Source: the human T2T-CHM13v2.0 reference genome, Homo sapiens. Taken from it: a DNA stretch of 64,000 nt. Location: the NCBI RefSeq assembly GCF_009914755.1, contig NC_060936.1; one strand, 5' to 3'. Below the pieces are notes generated by a model. It ran no database searches and had not been told where the DNA came from. It saw only the letters and a program-made list of their open reading frames with translations. Positions within the stretch are counted from its first letter, which is position 1; each line of letters starts with the position of its first letter. Made by a program: the position numbers and the translations under genes. Positions 29,213 to 49,814 of the stretch are shown one piece after another.

Positions 29213-29345
29213 CCCCTTTCCCCAGCTTCCTCCTCCCCCTTTCCTTCCCGCTTCCTCTCCCTCTTCTTCCCTTCCCTCTTCTTCCCCTCCCCTCTCCTTT
29301 CCCTTTTCTCTCTTCCCTCCTGTCTCCTCTCCTTTTTTCTCTCAC
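29213..29345. repeat. CT-rich polypyrimidine low-complexity tract
   Basis: About 130 nt almost entirely C/T. Confidence 0.85.
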
Positions 29346-29989
29346 ATTGTAAAACTCCTCCTTCATGCTGCCAATTCCACCCCTTCCCCTTCTTGCCTCA
29401 CCTCTTCTGCCTTTATCTTTACATGACCCCAAAACCATCCATTCCAAGAGGGTCCCAGAGTGGAAGGTAATGGAGGAGTGAAAGCCGCAGTGAAAAGCCC
29501 CAGGCAGTCCAGAGGAATCTGCCTTTGCCACTGCTGAAAATATTCCAGGGAGGCACCATCTGCGAGGAGTAAAAATATTATCATTTACCAGGAGAAGGAA
29601 AAGGAGGAGTTTTTTCCTTCTTCCTCCATCTGCTACTTTCTGAAAATTGTTTCCTAGGATTCATCCTTCCTGTAGATTCATGCCTTTGGAAGATGTGGAA
29701 GCGATTGAATGGATATCAAATACTTAATGTAGTTCCTAAGACATAGTGAGTACTCAGTAAGTGTCCGCAACTGTGTGTCATGACGATGACGGTGGCAAGA
29801 CGTCTGGAGGGAAATGCAGGCAACTGGAAACCTCCTTTCTGCATATGGGCTTCATTTGAGCCCCGTGTGACAGCCTCTCTCCCACAGCTTGCAACTGTTC
29901 ACTCCGAGAGAAAGAATAATTGAGCTTTAGGGCTCACAAAGACTCTTGTCTTGTTTAGCCAGCAAACATAAATCAGGCAATGTCTCTAA

Positions 29990-30352
<363 letters not shown>

Positions 30353-30869
30353 TAGTAGAGACGGAGTTTCACCGTGTTAGCCCGGATGGTCTTGATCTCC
30401 TGACCATGCAATCTGCCCGCCTAGGCCTCCCAGAGTGCTGGGATTACAGGCGTGAGCCACCATGCCCGGCCTTTTTTAAGAGACAGAGCCCTGCTGTGTT
30501 GCCCAGGCTGGACTAGAACTCAATCCTCCCACTTCAGCCTCCTGACATTTCTTTAGCTTATTGCATGTATCTTCTTTCTTCTTTCTTTTTCCTTCACTTT
30601 CTTTTTCTTTCTCTCTTTCTCCTTTATTATTTTTTTCTTTTTGTTTATTTTGAGACAGGCTCTCACTCTATCACCCAGACTGGAGTGCAGTGGTGCGATC
30701 ATGGTTCACTGCAACCTCCGTCTCCTGGGTTCAATGGATCTTCCCACCTCAGCCTCCCCAGTATCTGGGACTACAGGTGTGTATCACCACACCCAGCTAA
30801 TTTTAAAAATCTTTTTTAGAGATGGGGTCTCACTATGTCTCTCAGGCTGGCCTTGAACTCCTAAGCTCA

Positions 30870-31100
<231 letters not shown>

Positions 31101-32924
31101 TCAGCCGGGCGTGGTGGTGCATGCCTGTAATCCCAGCTACTTAGGAGACTGAGCCAGGAGAATCGCTTGAACCCAGGAAGGCAGAAGTTGCAGTGAGCCA
31201 AGATTGCGCCATTGCACTTCAGCCTGGGTAATAGAGTGAGACTCTGTTTCAAACAAACAAACAAACAAAAACTATTCAGGATTATTTGTAAAAAATTCAG
31301 ACAACTTATACATGTTTGAAGGCAAAGATTCTTCTTCCTACACACACCCCCACCCAATCTCATTTCCCTATGTAATTCCTGCCACAGTTGGCTGTGACTG
31401 CTCCTCTCCTGACCTTGTTCTGTGCATGTACAACATGTTATCTGTGTGCCCATGCCTGTGCACATGGCTCACATTTAGTTTTTGTGTTGTTTAGGTTTTT
31501 TTTTTTTTTTTACCGGTGAGATAATCCTGCATTTCTACAAAATGTTTTTCCACTTAATATGTCTTGGAAGGTTTCTTGTATCAGTGCATGTATCTCTACT
31601 TCCTCTTTTTGTTTTTCTTTTTTTGAGATGGAGTCTCACTCTCACCCAGGCTGGAGTGCAGTGGTGCTATCTTGGCTCTCTGCAACCTCTGCCTCCCTGG
31701 GTTCAAGTGATTCTCCTGCCTCAGCCTCTCATGTAGCTGGGATTATAGGCACGCACCACCATACCCAGCTAACTTTTGTATTTTTGTAGACACAGGGTTT
31801 CGCCATGTAGGCCAGGCTGGTCTCGAGCTCCTGACCTCAGGTGATCCACCCACCTCAGCCTCCCAAAGTGTTGGAATTTCAGGCATGAGCCACCGTGCCC
31901 AGCCCACTTCCTCTTTTTAAATGTAACTGTTCCCCTTTCTGTGGCCATTTAGGTTGCTTCTAATTTCTTGCTGTCACACAAGGTCCTACAGTGAACGTGC
32001 TCCTCCATCTCTCCTGTGTCCACAGCATCCTCCTTTTCCTTTGGGGTCCTCTCCTTAGTGCTAAGGCCTGTACTAGCTCCCATTGTTCACGGTAAATAGA
32101 CATGACTGTGGATCCCACCTCCAGCTAGGAAACAAGGCAATCATGTATTTATGAGCAGGAATCTTATGAATATCAAATACAATGAAATCTGGTTTTGACA
32201 GCAAAGTTTTATTTTCCAGATTAATATGTTTTAGAAAAAGATTGATGTAAGCAGTGGCTATCTCCATAATCATCTGTCATGCATGTTAAAACTTCTGCAA
32301 AACACGATGATTAATACTATTTGATTTCCACAATTGTGAACGCTGCTCGAGTGGGGTTGTTCTGTTACCACTAAGTGAAGTCAGCCTCGTGGTGACCCGG
32401 GAAGAGCTGTTGTGGCTGAAGACAGGAGTCCTTTTAGGAATGCTTTCTTTTTGTCACTAATTTGTTAAATGGCAAAATAAATTTCCAGGAAGATGATCCT
32501 TTTAGGATTAGCAAGTTTCCAAAAGAACAATTTCATTTGAATAAATCAGCTTTTAAGAAACAGCCAAATATTAAATAATTCTGTTCCTAGAAGTTGCAGC
32601 TTGAGACAATTATGATTCCATAATTCTACCACTCACACCCACACAATAAGAGATCTAAATATAAATATAAATTATAGGGAATGAGCAGATGGAAACAGGA
32701 GAGGATGGGGAATTAAGAATGTAGGAGAGAGAAATTGGCCACATTACCTGCTATGTCTGTCTTGGGGAGAAACAATTTAATTTTATAAGTATTGTTCAAA
32801 GATAAGAAAGGAAACTTACCAGATTTTGTTTCTATATGCCAATTTAATTCACTGATTCTTAGCAACGCAACGCATCACTTTCAGCACTCTACTGCATTTG
32901 ATTACTTGACCCTAGATAATTTTA

Positions 32925-35925
<3,001 letters not shown>

Positions 35926-36015
35926 TGAAATCCTTCCCCTCCGGCGAGTTCCTGGAGCCCCAGCTCTGGGCTGAACACGCTGTAATGTCTTGCTGGCTTT
36001 GCCCTTGTCTTCCAG

Positions 36016-36156
36016 ACCATGACCTGGTCGTTTGGATGGAACAGTTCTCTTCCTGTTTACTATATTCGAGAGGAAAGGCAGAGAGTTCTTCTGTATGTTT
36101 GTGCTCACACTGCGATCATCTACAACGTGTTCAGGAACAATCAATACCACCTTCAG
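36016..36156 (+). CDS. CFAP251: CFAP251 exon 4, 141 nt
   Basis: ttccag|ACC ATG and CAG|gtatgc; [16 protein letters not shown]...NNQYHLQ. Confidence 0.95.
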
Positions 36157-37269
36157 GTATGCAGGGATTTCCTTCCTACAGGTGGGGGAGTTGTCTTTAA
36201 CGTGCGTGTGGTATTTTGTTTTGTATCTCAAGGGCTGACTTCATTCTATCACTGTCGTATTTTCCCACTCTCCTTGGAACTAAAAGCAAGCCTGTCTTTA
36301 GAAACACATGGTATTGTTTATTGTCTCTCTGTTTCTAATCAGAATCAACTTACAAAACAGCAGTTGATATTAATTTTATAGTGAGAATTTAAAACATCTG
36401 TATTTTTTACACTTCTGCAAAAATGTGGACAGCGTAGATCATATCTCCACAGATATAACACAAAGGGCAGCTATTCAGCAGGGTGCCGACCTCACGGACA
36501 CTTACACACATCTCTAGTTTTCAAAGGGCTTTCATCTTATAACTGTACCGAGAAGTGGGTATTCATATACCCATTTTACAGAAGAAGAAACTGAGGCTCA
36601 GAGTGTTTTAAGTGACTTGCCCAAGACTGTACTAGTAAACAATGACTCTACATCTCCTGTCTTGAAAGTGTTAAGTAGGTCAGTTGTCCTTTTATCCCTC
36701 CCTCCTCTCAGCAGCTTTGCTCATTTTCACCCCTCTCTGAGCCTCCCCCATTTGTCCTTCATGCCTGCCCTCCTCACAGCACTCTGCCTCCTTTGTTCCT
36801 GATATTTGGGACCCACTTCATTTTCATCATTTACCTTTCCAAGCATCCTATTCCTTGGTGTCTGACTTTCCACTCGTTGGCCTGGTCAACTGTTCCACAT
36901 CACCCTTTCAGTTGACGTGTGTTGTTACAGGAGTGTCCTTAGCTGATGCCTAGATCAAAAACACCACGAGGTATTTACCAAGGACCCAGTCAGTACTCAG
37001 TGTTGTGCCAGGGACTCAAGATGTCTGGGTGCAACTTAAGGAATTCACTCTCTAGAAGTCCAGAAATACGCAGGCAGAAATCAGCAGGCAGCTCCCCTTG
37101 GAGCTTCATTGAATGCATGGCACTGAACACAGTGGTGATGGCAGAGAGAGAAGGAGAGATTGCTGTGGGCAGGCTCAGATAGTCAGGGGAAGCAGGATGC
37201 GCAGATGGGCTGGGGTGGAAGGAGGCAGGAGTCCAGCCTCACTAGGGCCAGAGGGCTGGGAGTGGCCTT

Positions 37270-38148
<879 letters not shown>

Positions 38149-38516
38149 TCAGAGCCCTGAAGTGAGCAGTGTTCTAGAGAGAAGAGGCCGGCAGCGTGAC
38201 TCAGAGTGGCTGGGGGAGGGGAGGACCCAGATGCTTATCCTCCACTTGGGTTGGGAGTTGCCGCTTGCCTTCACCTCTAGGAGCCACTGTTCATGTAGGG
38301 AACTTATCTTTCAGGTGTTTGGAGGGAGAGGAAGTTTGAAAATCACCCACTAGGAAGTGGAGAAACACCCAGGAAGGCCAGCGGGAACAGAATTTCCAGC
38401 CAGATGAGCGTTGAAAGGAGCTCAGATCTTTCTGTGGGTCCCCGGCCTTTGCTGATAGTGGCCAAGGCTGGGCCGCATCTTGGATGTTTCAAAGCGTTTT
38501 CTCTCCATTTCCATAG

Positions 38517-38626
38517 GGCCACGCCAATATTATCTCCTGCCTCTGCGTCAGTGAAGACAGGCGGTGGATCGCCACAGCAGACAAAGGGCCAGACTGCCTG
38601 GTGATTATATGGGACTCCTTCACAGG
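38517..38626 (+). CDS. CFAP251: CFAP251 exon 5 (WD40 repeat), 110 nt
   Basis: ccatag|GGC CAC and GG|gtaggc. Encodes [36 protein letters not shown], a GH...WD signature. Confidence 0.95.
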
Positions 38627-39094
38627 GTAGGCTTTGTGTAGCCACTTCTTTTTTCCCTGAATTTCTGTAGAGTATCTGCCACTGTGTGACAGTGACAGAA
38701 TGAGCAATGCCAATGCCTAGAAATTTGATTTGTTGGTGTTCCACAGTAGACTGGCTTATGCTGACTCACACTAACCTAGCTCACACAAGCTCAAAGCATA
38801 ACCCAGATGGCAAATCTGTCATTTACAATGAGAAACATTACTTCTACAAGGACAGATTTTTTAGTGGCTGGTCATGCTGCCTCTTCTGGGCAGTTCTTAA
38901 TGGTTGCTACCAAGTGTTCGTGTCTATCGCTGCTCCTCATTCCATACATTTCTTGTTGGATATGTTCGATTTCGATCTGTTTGCCTGCCATGGTTTTAGG
39001 TATAGTAATGATGGGAGGCTTTCCAAAGCTGCTGTTTCTCTGCAGTCTCTCTCTAATTCTAACAACCCACCATTGCCTCCTTTCTTTTATAGTA

Positions 39095-39900
<806 letters not shown>

Positions 39901-41337
39901 ATAAGCCTACCAGCCTTTTGACACACTCTGGTGTCTAAGAAATGAGTTGCAGTGACCTTCTTAACCTGGGGGTAAAAGGCAGGCTCACTTCGATCAAGCG
40001 TCAGATAAACCAGTCCAGGTGGTGAGGGGAGGTTGACAGCCCACGGACTCTCTGGCACTGGAGCTGGGTCCGGAAGGCCGGGGTTGTGTTCCTTCCTTGT
40101 ATCTGCTTCTGTAACTCACTCTCCTCCTTCCCCGGCTGGAGGCAGACTGAATGGAGAGTCTCTCTGGTATCAAGGTTGTCATCCGGTATTGCCTTTCTTC
40201 CTAACTCATCAAATTCACCTTTTCTGGTCCCTTTTCTGATAGTGCATCCAACAAGGAAAGGTGGAATTTCCGTGGGCTTGGGCAGTGCTGCTCAAAGTGT
40301 GGTCTGCAGGCTGAGCTCATCTGTCAGCTGGTCCTGGGCTATGCTGAACAGAAAGTACAGAAAATGAGAGGGGGCCTTTGGGAACTTGTATAGCAATTTG
40401 TTCTTGCTATGGTATTTTTATTTTGTGAAAGTGTTTGACCTGGGCTGGGTGCAGTGGCTCATGCACTTTGGAAGCCTCCCAGCACTTTGGGAGGCTGAGG
40501 CAGGAGGATCACTTGAGGCCAGGAGTGGGCAACATAGTGAGACTCTGTCTCTACAAAAAATTAAAAGTTAGCCACATGTGGTGGTGCATGCCTGTAGTCC
40601 CAGCTACGCGGGAGGCTGAGGCGGGAAGATGGCTTGAGCTTAGGTGTTTGAGGCTGCAGTGAGCCATGATCGTGCCATTGCACTCCTGCCAGGGCGACAG
40701 AGCAAAACCCTGTCTCAAGGAAAAAAATATTTATTGGTCTGCAAAGGAATAAAGTTTTTAAAAATATCTTTCACCACAGATAGTTTGCAAAGTGCTGGGC
40801 AAGATGATGCCTAGGCAGTTGGGGGATACTGTGGGGCTGAACACGCCACCTTGTGTGACAGCCGTCAAGCAGGAGGCAGTCTTATCTGCCGAGGACATTG
40901 GGAATGGGGCTGCTAGTTTGGGCTGTGGGATGTGACATGCTGTAATCAATGAGAATGCAGTAGAGGTCCACCAAATGAAGGGAAGGAGCTGTAGGGTTTC
41001 AGGGAGGGGCCTGGTTGGGGACAAAAAGCATGAGCCTGCAGCAGATGGTGGGTGGGTGGTGATGCTTGTCCAGCCGTGCTGGGCAGGGTGGGAATAAGAA
41101 CAGGGAATGTGACTGGTGGTGGCTTGCCTGGGTAGGATAATTGGAAGGGGAGAAGGGAAGGGGCCCAGGGGAATTCAGAGTGACATGAAAGAGCAGGTGG
41201 CAGGAGGCAGGTGTGAGTGTGGGCTCTGGCGTCCACCTGGGCTTCCATGCCTGGTCAGCCGTGGTCTGCTGTGTGACTTGGAGGCCCAGAGAAGAAAGTG
41301 ACTTTCCCATTTGTGAAAAAAGAATAATGACATCTAC

Positions 41338-41754
41338 TGTTTTTTACTTTCCTTGGGCTGCTGTAACAAATTACCTCAAACGATTTACTCTCTTGCAGTT
41401 CTGGAGGCCAGAAGTCTGAAACCAAGGTGTCGGCAGGGTTGGCTGCTTCTGGGGGCTGTGAGGGAGAATCTGTCCCAGGCCTCTCCCCTTGCTTCTGCTG
41501 GCTGCGGGTGACCCTTGGTGTCTTTGGCTTGTGGACGCATCCCTCCAATCTCTGCCGCCATCTTCCCATGACATTCCCACCATGCATCCATCTGTGTCTT
41601 CTTGAGGACACTGGGCATTAGATTTGGGGCCCACCCCAGTCCAGCACAACCTCATCTTAACTAACTATGTCCACAAAGGACCTGTGTCCAAATAAGGTCA
41701 TATTCTGAGGTTCTGGGTGGGCCTGAGTTTGGAGGGACCACTTAGCCCATTAAA
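41338..41754 (-). mobile_element. MaLR solo LTR (MLT1B/C-like)
   Basis: GGGCTGCTGTAACAAATTACC...GGCCAGAAGTCTGAAACCAAGGTGTCGGCAGGG...CCAAATAAGGTCATATTCTGAGG. Confidence 0.8.
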
Positions 41755-42379
41755 CCCAATGCACAGGATGTTGTGAGGATCACTAGAGCGCAGCACCAGG
41801 CCATGATAGAGGATCCTAGATGGATTTTCTTTCTTAACTCCTGGCCTGAGGCAGAGAGCAGTCAGATTTCACTGACAAGATTGTTAGGGCCTGGTTGGGT
41901 AGGTGGGTGGGGAGGGAAGAGTTCAACAAGTGAGTCCAGATGCACGAGGAGGTTAGGAAGAAGTTACGTTGAATGTTCTAGAGTGGGGGACACAGGAACT
42001 GCTCTCCCACAGGTGACCAGTGACCTCCAGGGGATCTCATTACCCAACCCTGATCCTCATCTGACTTGACTTCTCTGTGGCATCTAACACTTCATTTCCT
42101 GTGGCTTCTCTGATCTCACATCCCTACAATACATGGCCTTTGTGTCTGGCTTCTTTCACTTAGCATCGTGCTTGAAGGTTCATCCGTGGTGTGGCACGTG
42201 TCCTTTCTATGGCGGAATCACAGTACATTGTATGGATAGATCAAACAATGTATAGTCTTTCATCTGGTTTTTTGTTTTGTTTTTGTTTTTGTGAGACAGG
42301 GTCTCACTCTATCACCCAGGCGGGAGTGCAGTGGTGTGATCATGGCTCACTGCAGCCTTGGCCTCCGAGGCTCAAGTGA

Positions 42380-43253
<874 letters not shown>

Positions 43254-45259
43254 CTAAAAAAAAAAAAATTAATGAAAACTGATACATTTTCATGGAAAGC
43301 ACTGGCTGCCATCTCCGATCTTAGTCTTCTTTCTAGAGGTAATCAATTTGGTGTGTTTCCTTCCAAAACATTTGCTTTTGTTTTGAACACACGTATATGG
43401 ATATCTTCATGTAGCTTGTCTCCACAACATTGTTGGTGTGATGTTTTCCCAAACAAATCTGATTGTGTTGCCACCCTGATTAAAACCCTTTAGAGACTGT
43501 CCATTGTCAAATCAACTTATGCTACAGGGGACACGCACCCTGCATTAGGGCCCTGCAGACACTTCCCCCAGAAAGTGAAATGCCCGCTGCCTGCACCCAT
43601 AGCCGTCTGTGGCTGCTACACGCTCTCAGCTGCAAGTACTGGCACATCCAACTTAACCACAAGGGAAGGGTATTATCTCATGCAGTAGAAGCCTGCAGTC
43701 GGCCGGCAGAAGGGTCAGAGTCCTTCAGGTGTGTCTCATCTCTGAAGCCTTTGCTGACCAACACCTTCACCAGACAGAGCTGCCCCGTTATGATGTGGAG
43801 CCACTGTTTTTTCCTTATTTGTGAAACTCTCTCTCTACTAGACATGAAGCAACTTGAGGGCAGTGATTTTTTTTTAAAAATTTCACAGTAAAGCATATCT
43901 GTGGTTAATAATGCAAATGCTATGTTAATATGAATTTTATGATATCCCAAGTGATTACTTTGGGACCCAGAAAAGATTATTCAGAGGCTGTTTTGGTTTT
44001 AGGATTAATATTCATTTTATTAGTGATAAATTAAAAACCGTAGTTCTTCCTCCAGTTTTTCGCTCAGCTTAAAAATCTTACTCTGTTTATAAATCTAGCA
44101 TATTTTTGCAATCACCTTTGAAGAGGCTTTGATTAATGTTTGGCCCCACTTACAAATTTGGTTATTAACTCCTTTTAAACATGTAAAACTGCATTTCAAT
44201 ATTTAAGAGATTTAGTTTCTTTACGTTTTTTAGTAGTCTGATTAACAAACAAATCCTTCATGGTACTTAAGTAATTACTGCAAATCTAGTAAATTAGACA
44301 TAAATATGGTAAATCTTAAGTTTCCTTAAGTGTTCTAATATTGTTTATAAACCTATTACGATTTTAATTTAAAATCACAAGTCTAAATCAACTATATATT
44401 TTAAATTAGCATCACAAATCTAATCTGTTAGCAACTCTGGTATGTCAAATTCACTTAAACATTACAAATTCCTAAAAAATGAACAAATTCTCTTATCACA
44501 AATATGTTAATAATGCAGGTCTGACTGACTTCATCTTCTCTATATTCAATTCCAAGTATCTCCAGGGATAAGATACATTTTCTCACTAAGGACTTCACTG
44601 TGTTATTTCCAATCATTTTGGAATTGCCTTCCCAGGTGAATTTCTGGGGCTACTTCTCAGTAGGATGAAGTTTCTCCAGTGACAGAGAACCAGAGAAGTC
44701 CTCAGCTGGGACACAGACTTGATACCAGCCAGTTGGGACCCTAGCGTGACATACAGAGATGCTGAGGCCTGTTTATCTTCACTGTATCTAGGACTCCATA
44801 AACAAACAAACAAACAAACAAAAAAGAACCATGTGACCCGCATTCCTGGTTTAAGTCTTGCTACCACCTACTTTTCATTCCAGTGGGAATCAGCAGACCT
44901 CCCCCAACCCAACCATTACAGCTTCCATCTTCGCTTCCACTGCTTCTGTGCTTTGGCTGTCTTAGATACTTGCATGTCATCTAATTCTGGGTATTTCAAG
45001 GCTGTGTTGGAATCATACAGCTCTAAGGTCTTGTCAGTAACACAGTATGGAAATGTAAGAGCAAAAAATAAAAGTTCCTCCTCACCCAAACCCCATCTTC
45101 AGAGGAACCATTGCTTACAGTTTGGAGTCTATTCCTCCAGAGTTTTTTCAATACATACACACGCACACACACACACATGATTAGGATGATGCGATTGTTT
45201 TGCAGTGTGCTTTTTTCACAAATTTTGGTCACTTTCCCAATCTACCTCATTCTTTTTGA

Positions 45260-45941
<682 letters not shown>

Positions 45942-46804
45942 TAAATAATTCATGTATGGTATATTAAGGGACATTTGTGTTGTTTGATTTTTGCTATTAG
46001 AGCAGTACCATGATGACTGTGAATTTTCATTGACCTTTGTTTACTTTTTCCATGATTTCCCTAGGAAAAAGTCGTAAGGGTGGAGTTACTGGGCTGTAGG
46101 GTGTATGCATTGAAGGTTTTGATAGATACAGCCAAACTGCTTCTAGAAAAGTGCTGCTCCTTTGCATTCCCACCTGTGTAGGAGAGTGCCCGATTCCCTG
46201 AGAGCTGGGACGTTGTCCTAGTCATCTTTTCATATTTACATCCTTCCTGCCAGGCACAACCTGGCACAGAATCAGTGCCTGGTACCTAGTGAATGAGAAC
46301 CTAGAGCTTGTGAAGAGGGCAAACAGCAGGCCCATTGCCTTGAGTTAGGCTTGACTATTATTGTTGTTGAGGTTAAATTCGCATAACATAAAACTGACCA
46401 TTTTAAAGCATACGGTTCGGTGACATTTAATACATTTACACTCTTATGCAACCATCATCTCTATCCAGTTCCAAAACATTTTCACCGCCCCAGAAGGACA
46501 CCCTGCATCCATTATCTGTCTCTGTGGGTTTGCCTATTCCGGCCGTTTCATATGAGTGGACTCATACACCACACGCCTTTCGTGCCTGGCTTCTTTCACT
46601 CAGCATCGCTTCCGACGCTCATCCATGTCATAGCATGCGTCAGTGCTTCATTCCCTTTTATGACTCAGAAAGATTCCACTGTATGGATAGACCACATTTT
46701 GTTCTGTTTTGGAGAGGTTTGGGCTGAGCTCAGACCTGCCCTGGGACTCTCTGGGAAGCCAGGGAGACCTCAGCAAGTGTCGCCCCCCTTGTCCTGTTTT
46801 GCAG

Positions 46805-46916
46805 TATTCCTGTGCACACAATATTTGACAGCTGCCCTGAAGGGAATGGCATCATGGCCATGGCCATGACCCACGACGCCAAGTATCTGGCAACCATCTC
46901 AGATGCTGAAGTCCAG
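46805..46916 (+). CDS. CFAP251: CFAP251 exon 6, 112 nt
   Basis: ttgcag|T ATT CCT and CAG|gtaaag; [37 protein letters not shown]. Confidence 0.95.
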
Positions 46917-47165
46917 GTAAAGGCCCTGGCCCTTTGGGTCAGCATCAGCGAGCTGGCCGACCTGTGCAGCGTGTCCCCATGGGCAGCTCTGTTCAGGCTG
47001 GGCTGTGTGATGTCTGTGATATTCTCAAAAGACCAGACTCCACAGCACAGAGTCTGGGCCTCTGTCCTTAGTTACTTGAAGTTTTGGGGTCACCACAAGA
47101 GGTGTAAGTTACTTCAGCAGACTTCACAGACCTTCTCATGCCCCTCTCTCTACTGTCACCTACAG

Positions 47166-47246
47166 AAGGTATGCATCTGGAAGTGGACTTTGGCAGTGGA
47201 AACGCCAGCATGCACTCTCGAACTCCCCACAGAGTACGGTGTTCAG
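47166..47246 (+). CDS. CFAP251: CFAP251 exon 7, 81 nt
   Basis: tacag|AAG GTA and CAG|gtgagt; [27 protein letters not shown]. Confidence 0.93.
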
Positions 47247-47321
47247 GTGAGTTCAGTTGGAGCCTGTAAACATCAACCTGAAGTTATACAGGTGCAAGGC
47301 CAGGCTGGGCGTGGTGGCTCA

Positions 47322-47999
<678 letters not shown>

Positions 48000-48664
48000 T
48001 AGAGCTTTTAAAACCCTTTCATTTCCTGATCTTGTTTTACTTGAATATAATAGCTAATATTTTTGAAGCACTTATGTTCCAGAGTCTGCTAAATTCTTTA
48101 CTTACATTATCTCACATAATCCATGCAAACATGCTAGCAAAAAAGATATTAATATCTGTGGAATACTACCATTAATTATTAAATAATTTGTCTAAAATCA
48201 CCCACCTGGCAGTCTTTCTTATTCTAGAAGTGTGCTCTTAACTACTTCAAACCTTGTAAAACTAACTCTGAGGAGTATAGGGAAGTTATCATTATTGCTC
48301 CCAACTTGCATGAGGTGACTTGCCAAGGACACCCAGAAAGTTTCTATCAGGTCTCCTTATTTCCTGAGTCACTGCTCCCTGCTTTTGTGACTTGTCTCAT
48401 TCATCCTTGCATGCTTCATTTGTCATACATTTATTGAGTACCTGTTCTGTGCCAGGCACTGTGGTAAGTACATGCCTGACTTGCAGGATCTAAAATCCAA
48501 ACAGAGGGTTTGGGTGACTAGACTCAGCCAGGGAAATATGGTTGTGCAGCCATATGTCCATCTTCTTTCCTTTCCCCCCAACATTCCTCTTGCGCCTAAA
48601 AAATTTTTTCTTTCTCCTTAAGGTTGTGTTAACACAGTAGCCACCAACCATATGTGGCTATTTA

Positions 48665-49020
48665 GGATGGATTTTTCTATTGCTGCAAAAAACACCATTG
48701 GGGTTTTGATAGCGATAGTGTTGAATCTGTAGATCACTTTGGATGGTATCATCATTTTCACAGTGTTGTCTTCCAATCCATGAGCATGGGATGCCTTGCC
48801 GTTTATTTATGTCTTCTTTAATTTCTTTCAGGGGTGTTTTGTAATTTCCAGAGTTCAAGTCTTCACCTCCGGTTAAATTTATTCCTAAGGATTTTGTGGT
48901 TTTTTGATGCTATTATAAATGGATTTGTTTTCTTAATTTCTGTTTTAGATTGTTCATTGCTAGTGTATAAAAAGGCAGCTAATTTTTGTGTGTTGATTTT
49001 GTACCTTGCAACCTTGCTGA
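48665..49020 (-). mobile_element. Internal L1 ORF2 fragment inside a MER33-like element
   Basis: The minus strand translates to [26 protein letters not shown], homologous to L1 ORF2 [26 protein letters not shown]. Confidence 0.85.
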
Positions 49021-49474
49021 GTACACATGGTGATTTAAATTTAAAATGATTAAAATGAAAAAAAATCTTTTTTGAGACAGGGTCTCACTGCTGTCCAGTC
49101 TGGAGAGCAGTGGCGCGATCTCAGCTCACTGCAGCCTCTGCCTCCTGAGCTCAAGCAGTCCTCCTACCTTAGCCTCCTGAGTAGCTGGGACTACAGGTGC
49201 ACACTATCATGCCCAGCTAATTTTTTAATTTTTTTCAGAGACAGAGTTTTGCCATGTTGGTCAGGCTGGTCTCCAACTCCTAGGCTCAAGCCATCCACCC
49301 GCCTCAGCCTCCCAAAGTGTTGGGATTACAGGCGTGAGCCACCACACCTGGCCCTCTTCTTCTTTTTGCTATGCTTTCTTCTTGGGTATTGTCATCTATT
49401 CCCAAGGCCATTTACTTCCAAGACATATCCTGAAATCTTTCCTCTCCTTTCCACCTCTGTTGCTACCATCCTAG

Positions 49475-49814
<340 letters not shown>

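Noticed and set aside
41897-41916. G-quadruplex-forming GGGTAGGTGGGTGGGGAGGG
   Set aside because: A single deep-intronic motif of a very common class with no supporting context.
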